A stretch of 63,616 nt of DNA, counting the filler. It is 9 parts of 9 records of this genome, joined end to end, with 100 filler letters (N's around TTAATTAATTAA, not from the genome) between each part and the next. Parts side by side here need not be neighbours in the genome. Positions count along the whole stretch, not along the records: positions 57,421 to 63,616 come from SRR31147125_38762; 8 more parts are not named here. One strand, 5' to 3'. Below are positions 61,111-63,616 of the stretch, piece by piece. The position numbers and the translations under genes were made by a program. The notes below the pieces were generated by a model, which made no database searches, was not told the origin of the DNA, and saw only the letters and a program-made list of their open reading frames with translations. Each line of letters opens with the position of its first letter. Within the stretch, counting starts at the first letter, position 1.

Positions 61111-61884
61111 ATGCTGTTGAAAAAAGGAATGATCGGACCCACTGTCGCCAAGCTCGTCGATGATCTGATCGAGGCCGGCTTTTCACCGATGTCGGGGCGC
61201 GGCAACAATTTCAATGCCGCCGTCGACCGGGCCGTACGGGCCTTCCAGTCGCAAGGCATCGGCTCGGACGGGCAGCCGCTGGTGGTTGACGGGGTAGTCG
61301 GCCCGCTGACGCGCTGGGCGCTGGACGTCACACTTGGCCGCAAGACAACCTCAGATTCTGCAATCCCGACTTTCGATCTTGCCGACCAGTTGCCCCCGGG
61401 CGCATCGAGTACCGGCTGGAATGCAGTGCAGATCGCATATCGGGAATTGGCCAATGGACGCGGCGAGCAGGGACAGAACAATGCCGGTTCCGACGTCATG
61501 CGCTATCACGAGGTAACCGGCGGCAAGGCAGGCTGGAGTTGGTGCGCATCGTTTGTCTCGTACTGCTTTCAACAGGGCAATCTGGGCTCTATGCCCTTCG
61601 AGCCGACTTACGGTGCGCGTGATCTTCTCACGAAATTCAAAAAGAACGGCTGGGACTTCAATGCGAACCTGGACAGTCCACCTGCCGCGGGCGACGTCGT
61701 CGTGTGGTGGCGGCATTCGCTCGACGACTGGCGTGGACATGTTGGGCTTGTCGTCGATTATTCCGACGGCATCGTGCGAACGATCGAAGGCAATCGCGGG
61801 CCTTATCCGTCTAAAGTGAACACGTTCACCTATGTATTGGGACGAATCGACAAGCTGCTGGGATTCGGGCGAGCGGTTCCGTAG
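61111..61884 (+). CDS. Peptidoglycan-binding domain plus CHAP amidase
   Basis: AVRAFQ...LVVDGVVGPLT; WCASFVSYC, GDVVVW, GHVGLV, TIEGN. Confidence 0.88.
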   Translation: MLLKKGMIGPTVAKLVDDLIEAGFSPMSGRGNNFNAAVDRAVRAFQSQGIGSDGQPLVVDGVVGPLTRWALDVTLGRKTTSDSAIPTFDLADQLPPGASSTGWNAVQIAYRELANGRGEQGQNNAGSDVMRYHEVTGGKAGWSWCASFVSYCFQQGNLGSMPFEPTYGARDLLTKFKKNGWDFNANLDSPPAAGDVVVWWRHSLDDWRGHVGLVVDYSDGIVRTIEGNRGPYPSKVNTFTYVLGRIDKLLGFGRAVP

Positions 61885-61931
61885 CGGTATTTCGCCGTTC
61901 GCGGGAACGACCGGCTTGCTAGTCATCCCGG

Positions 61932-62357
61932 CTATTTGTGGACGCGCCGGCCGCTTTCATCGACGATCATTTCGCCGTCTTCCTTATGGAAGGGACCGGG
62001 CGGCAGGCTGTCGAGCAGATCGAGTACGGTCTCGCTCGGACGGCAGAGCCTGACGCCCTTGGGCGAACACACGATGGGTCTGTTGACCAGTACGGGATGC
62101 GCGATCATCGCCTCTATGAGAGCGTCGTCGCTCACGGATGGATCGGTCAGACCGAGTTCGGCGGCGGGAGATTTGGAAACGCGCAGCGCCTTGCGCGGCG
62201 TCAGGCCGGCGGCGGCGAACAGACCGAGAAGCTGCGAACGTGTCCAGCCCGCATGAAGATATTCGATAACGGTTGGTTGCTCACCGGCTGCCTCAATGGT
62301 GGCAAGCACGTTGCGCGACGTCCCGCATTCGGGATTGTGGTAGATCACGACGCTCAT
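61932..62357 (-). CDS. arsC: Arsenate reductase (glutaredoxin-dependent)
   Basis: IYHNPECGTSRN, HPVLVNRPIV, LCRPSE. Start MSVVIY. Confidence 0.93.
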   Translation of the reverse strand: MSVVIYHNPECGTSRNVLATIEAAGEQPTVIEYLHAGWTRSQLLGLFAAAGLTPRKALRVSKSPAAELGLTDPSVSDDALIEAMIAHPVLVNRPIVCSPKGVRLCRPSETVLDLLDSLPPGPFHKEDGEMIVDESGRRVHK

Positions 62358-62388
62358 TGATGGTCTCCCGAAAACGCATGAAATTGGA

Positions 62389-63615
62389 TCAGTGCTTGTC
62401 CGCCGTCTTGACGATGGACAGGGCCGGGCCCGGTGTGCCGAGCGCGGCGCGGGCCGCGGCGACAATGCCGTTGCTATCGAGACCGGCGGCGGCATACTGA
62501 TCGGTTTGCCCGGCCTGTTCGTCATAGCGGTCGGGCACCATCAGCGGACGGAATTTCAGCTTGCCGTCGATGAGGCCCTCCCGGGCAAGGAAACTGGCGA
62601 CATGGGCGCCGAATCCGCCCAGGCCGCCTTCCTCGACGGTTAGCAGCACTTCGTGATGTGCTGCGAGCTGGCGGATGAGATCGGTGTCGAGCGGCTTCAT
62701 GAAGCGCGCATCGGCCAGGGTTGCCGAAAGGCCGAGCCCGGCGAAGGTCTCAACGGCCGCCATTGCCGCGCCAAGCCGGGTGCCGTAGCTGAGAATGGCT
62801 ATGGTGCTGCCTTGTTTGAGAATCCGGCCCTTGCCGATTTCCAGCGGCACGCCTTCGGCAGGCAGATCGACCCCGGCGCCATCGCCGCGCGGGTAGCGGA
62901 AGGCGATGGGGCCATCGTCATGGGCGGCGGCAGTCGCCACCATGTGCCTCAGCTCGGCCTCGTCGGCGGCGGCCATCATGACCATGTTGGGAACAGTGCC
63001 GAGATAGGCGTTGTCGTAATTGCCGGCATGAGTCGGACCGTCGGCGCCGACGAATCCGGCGCGGTCTATGGCGAAGCGGACCGGGAGTTTCTGCAAAGCG
63101 ACGTCGTGGATCACCTGGTCGTAGGCACGCTGGAGAAAGGTCGAGTAGATAGAGCAGAACGGTTTCAGCCCTTCGCTGGCCAGCCCCGCCGAGAAGGTCA
63201 CGGCATGCTGCTCGGCAATGCCGACATCGAACATGCGGGAGGGGTAAATCTCCTCGAACTTGTCGAGTCCGGTGCCGGCGGGCATCGCGGCGGTCACGGC
63301 GACGATCTTGTCGTCCTTGCGGGCTTCGGCGATCAGGCTTTCAGCGAAGATCGCGGTGTAGCTCGGCGCGTTCGAGACGGGCTTGGACTGGGCGCCGGTG
63401 ACGACATTGAACTTGGAGACGCCGTGATATTTGTCGGCGGACTGCTCGGCCGGGGCGTAGCCCTTGCCCTTTTGCGTCACGACATGAACGAGGAACGGCC
63501 CGCCATCGGTCTCGCGGATGTTGTTGAGCACCGGCAGAAGGTGGTCGAGATTGTGCCCGTCGATCGGGCCGACATAGTAAAAGCCGAGTTCCTCGAACAG
63601 CGTGCCGCCGGTGAA
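62389..63615 (-). CDS. dxs: 1-deoxy-D-xylulose-5-phosphate synthase, 5' truncated
   Basis: [54 protein letters not shown]. Confidence 0.96.
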   Translation of the reverse strand, partial: FTGGTLFEELGFYYVGPIDGHNLDHLLPVLNNIRETDGGPFLVHVVTQKGKGYAPAEQSADKYHGVSKFNVVTGAQSKPVSNAPSYTAIFAESLIAEARKDDKIVAVTAAMPAGTGLDKFEEIYPSRMFDVGIAEQHAVTFSAGLASEGLKPFCSIYSTFLQRAYDQVIHDVALQKLPVRFAIDRAGFVGADGPTHAGNYDNAYLGTVPNMVMMAAADEAELRHMVATAAAHDDGPIAFRYPRGDGAGVDLPAEGVPLEIGKGRILKQGSTIAILSYGTRLGAAMAAVETFAGLGLSATLADARFMKPLDTDLIRQLAAHHEVLLTVEEGGLGGFGAHVASFLAREGLIDGKLKFRPLMVPDRYDEQAGQTDQYAAAGLDSNGIVAAARAALGTPGPALSIVKTADKH

Positions 63616-63616
63616 G

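Noticed and set aside
1-63616. CRISPR arrays, cas genes, rRNA, tRNA, integrases, transposases, reverse transcriptases
   Set aside because: None recognised by eye; covariance and HMM searches were not possible.

Overview
This window is not one locus. It is nine unrelated contigs joined by eight artificial 100-nt spacers (N44-TTAATTAATTAA-N44), so it looks like a concatenated metagenomic or draft assembly. Taxon labels are inferred from gene content only. (1) 1-7081, KSB1/Calditrichota-like: repeat-plus-C25 gingipain protein, doubled MacB-type permease with adaptor, decayed DUF4397 gene. (2) 7182-15393, Firmicutes conjugative element: relaxase, MobC, oriT, LexA-boxed dinB cassette with an SRAP remnant, HTH-HipA fusion. 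(3) 15494-21076: DEDDh exonuclease, lipoprotein, TonB-dependent receptor, secreted protein. (4) 21177-27213, Desulfobacterales-like: PduO, REC-GGDEF protein, hybrid histidine kinase. (5) 27314-34268, Myxococcota/deltaproteobacterial-like: giant vWA surface protein. (6) 34369-44066, Clostridia-like phosphonate cell-envelope operon. (7) 44167-50968, Bacteroidota polysaccharide utilisation locus. (8) 51069-57320, Bacteroidota housekeeping region with a putative sRNA and a palindromic repeat. (9) 57421-63616, Alphaproteobacteria: pyk, gapR, a two-gene peptidoglycan hydrolase insert, arsC, dxs. Five genes are broken by single-base homopolymer indels, most likely sequencing errors. There are two best candidates for undescribed biology. 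The first is a hydroxyethylphosphonate operon led by a YidC domain fused to a TagB/TagF-like phosphotransferase and closed by a tiny procoat-shaped membrane protein, with an alkaline-phosphatase-superfamily transferase upstream. The second is an apparent polyprotein in which an internal MYXO-CTERM anchor is followed in frame by a second, lipoprotein signal peptide. All family assignments come from reading motifs by eye; no searches were run.
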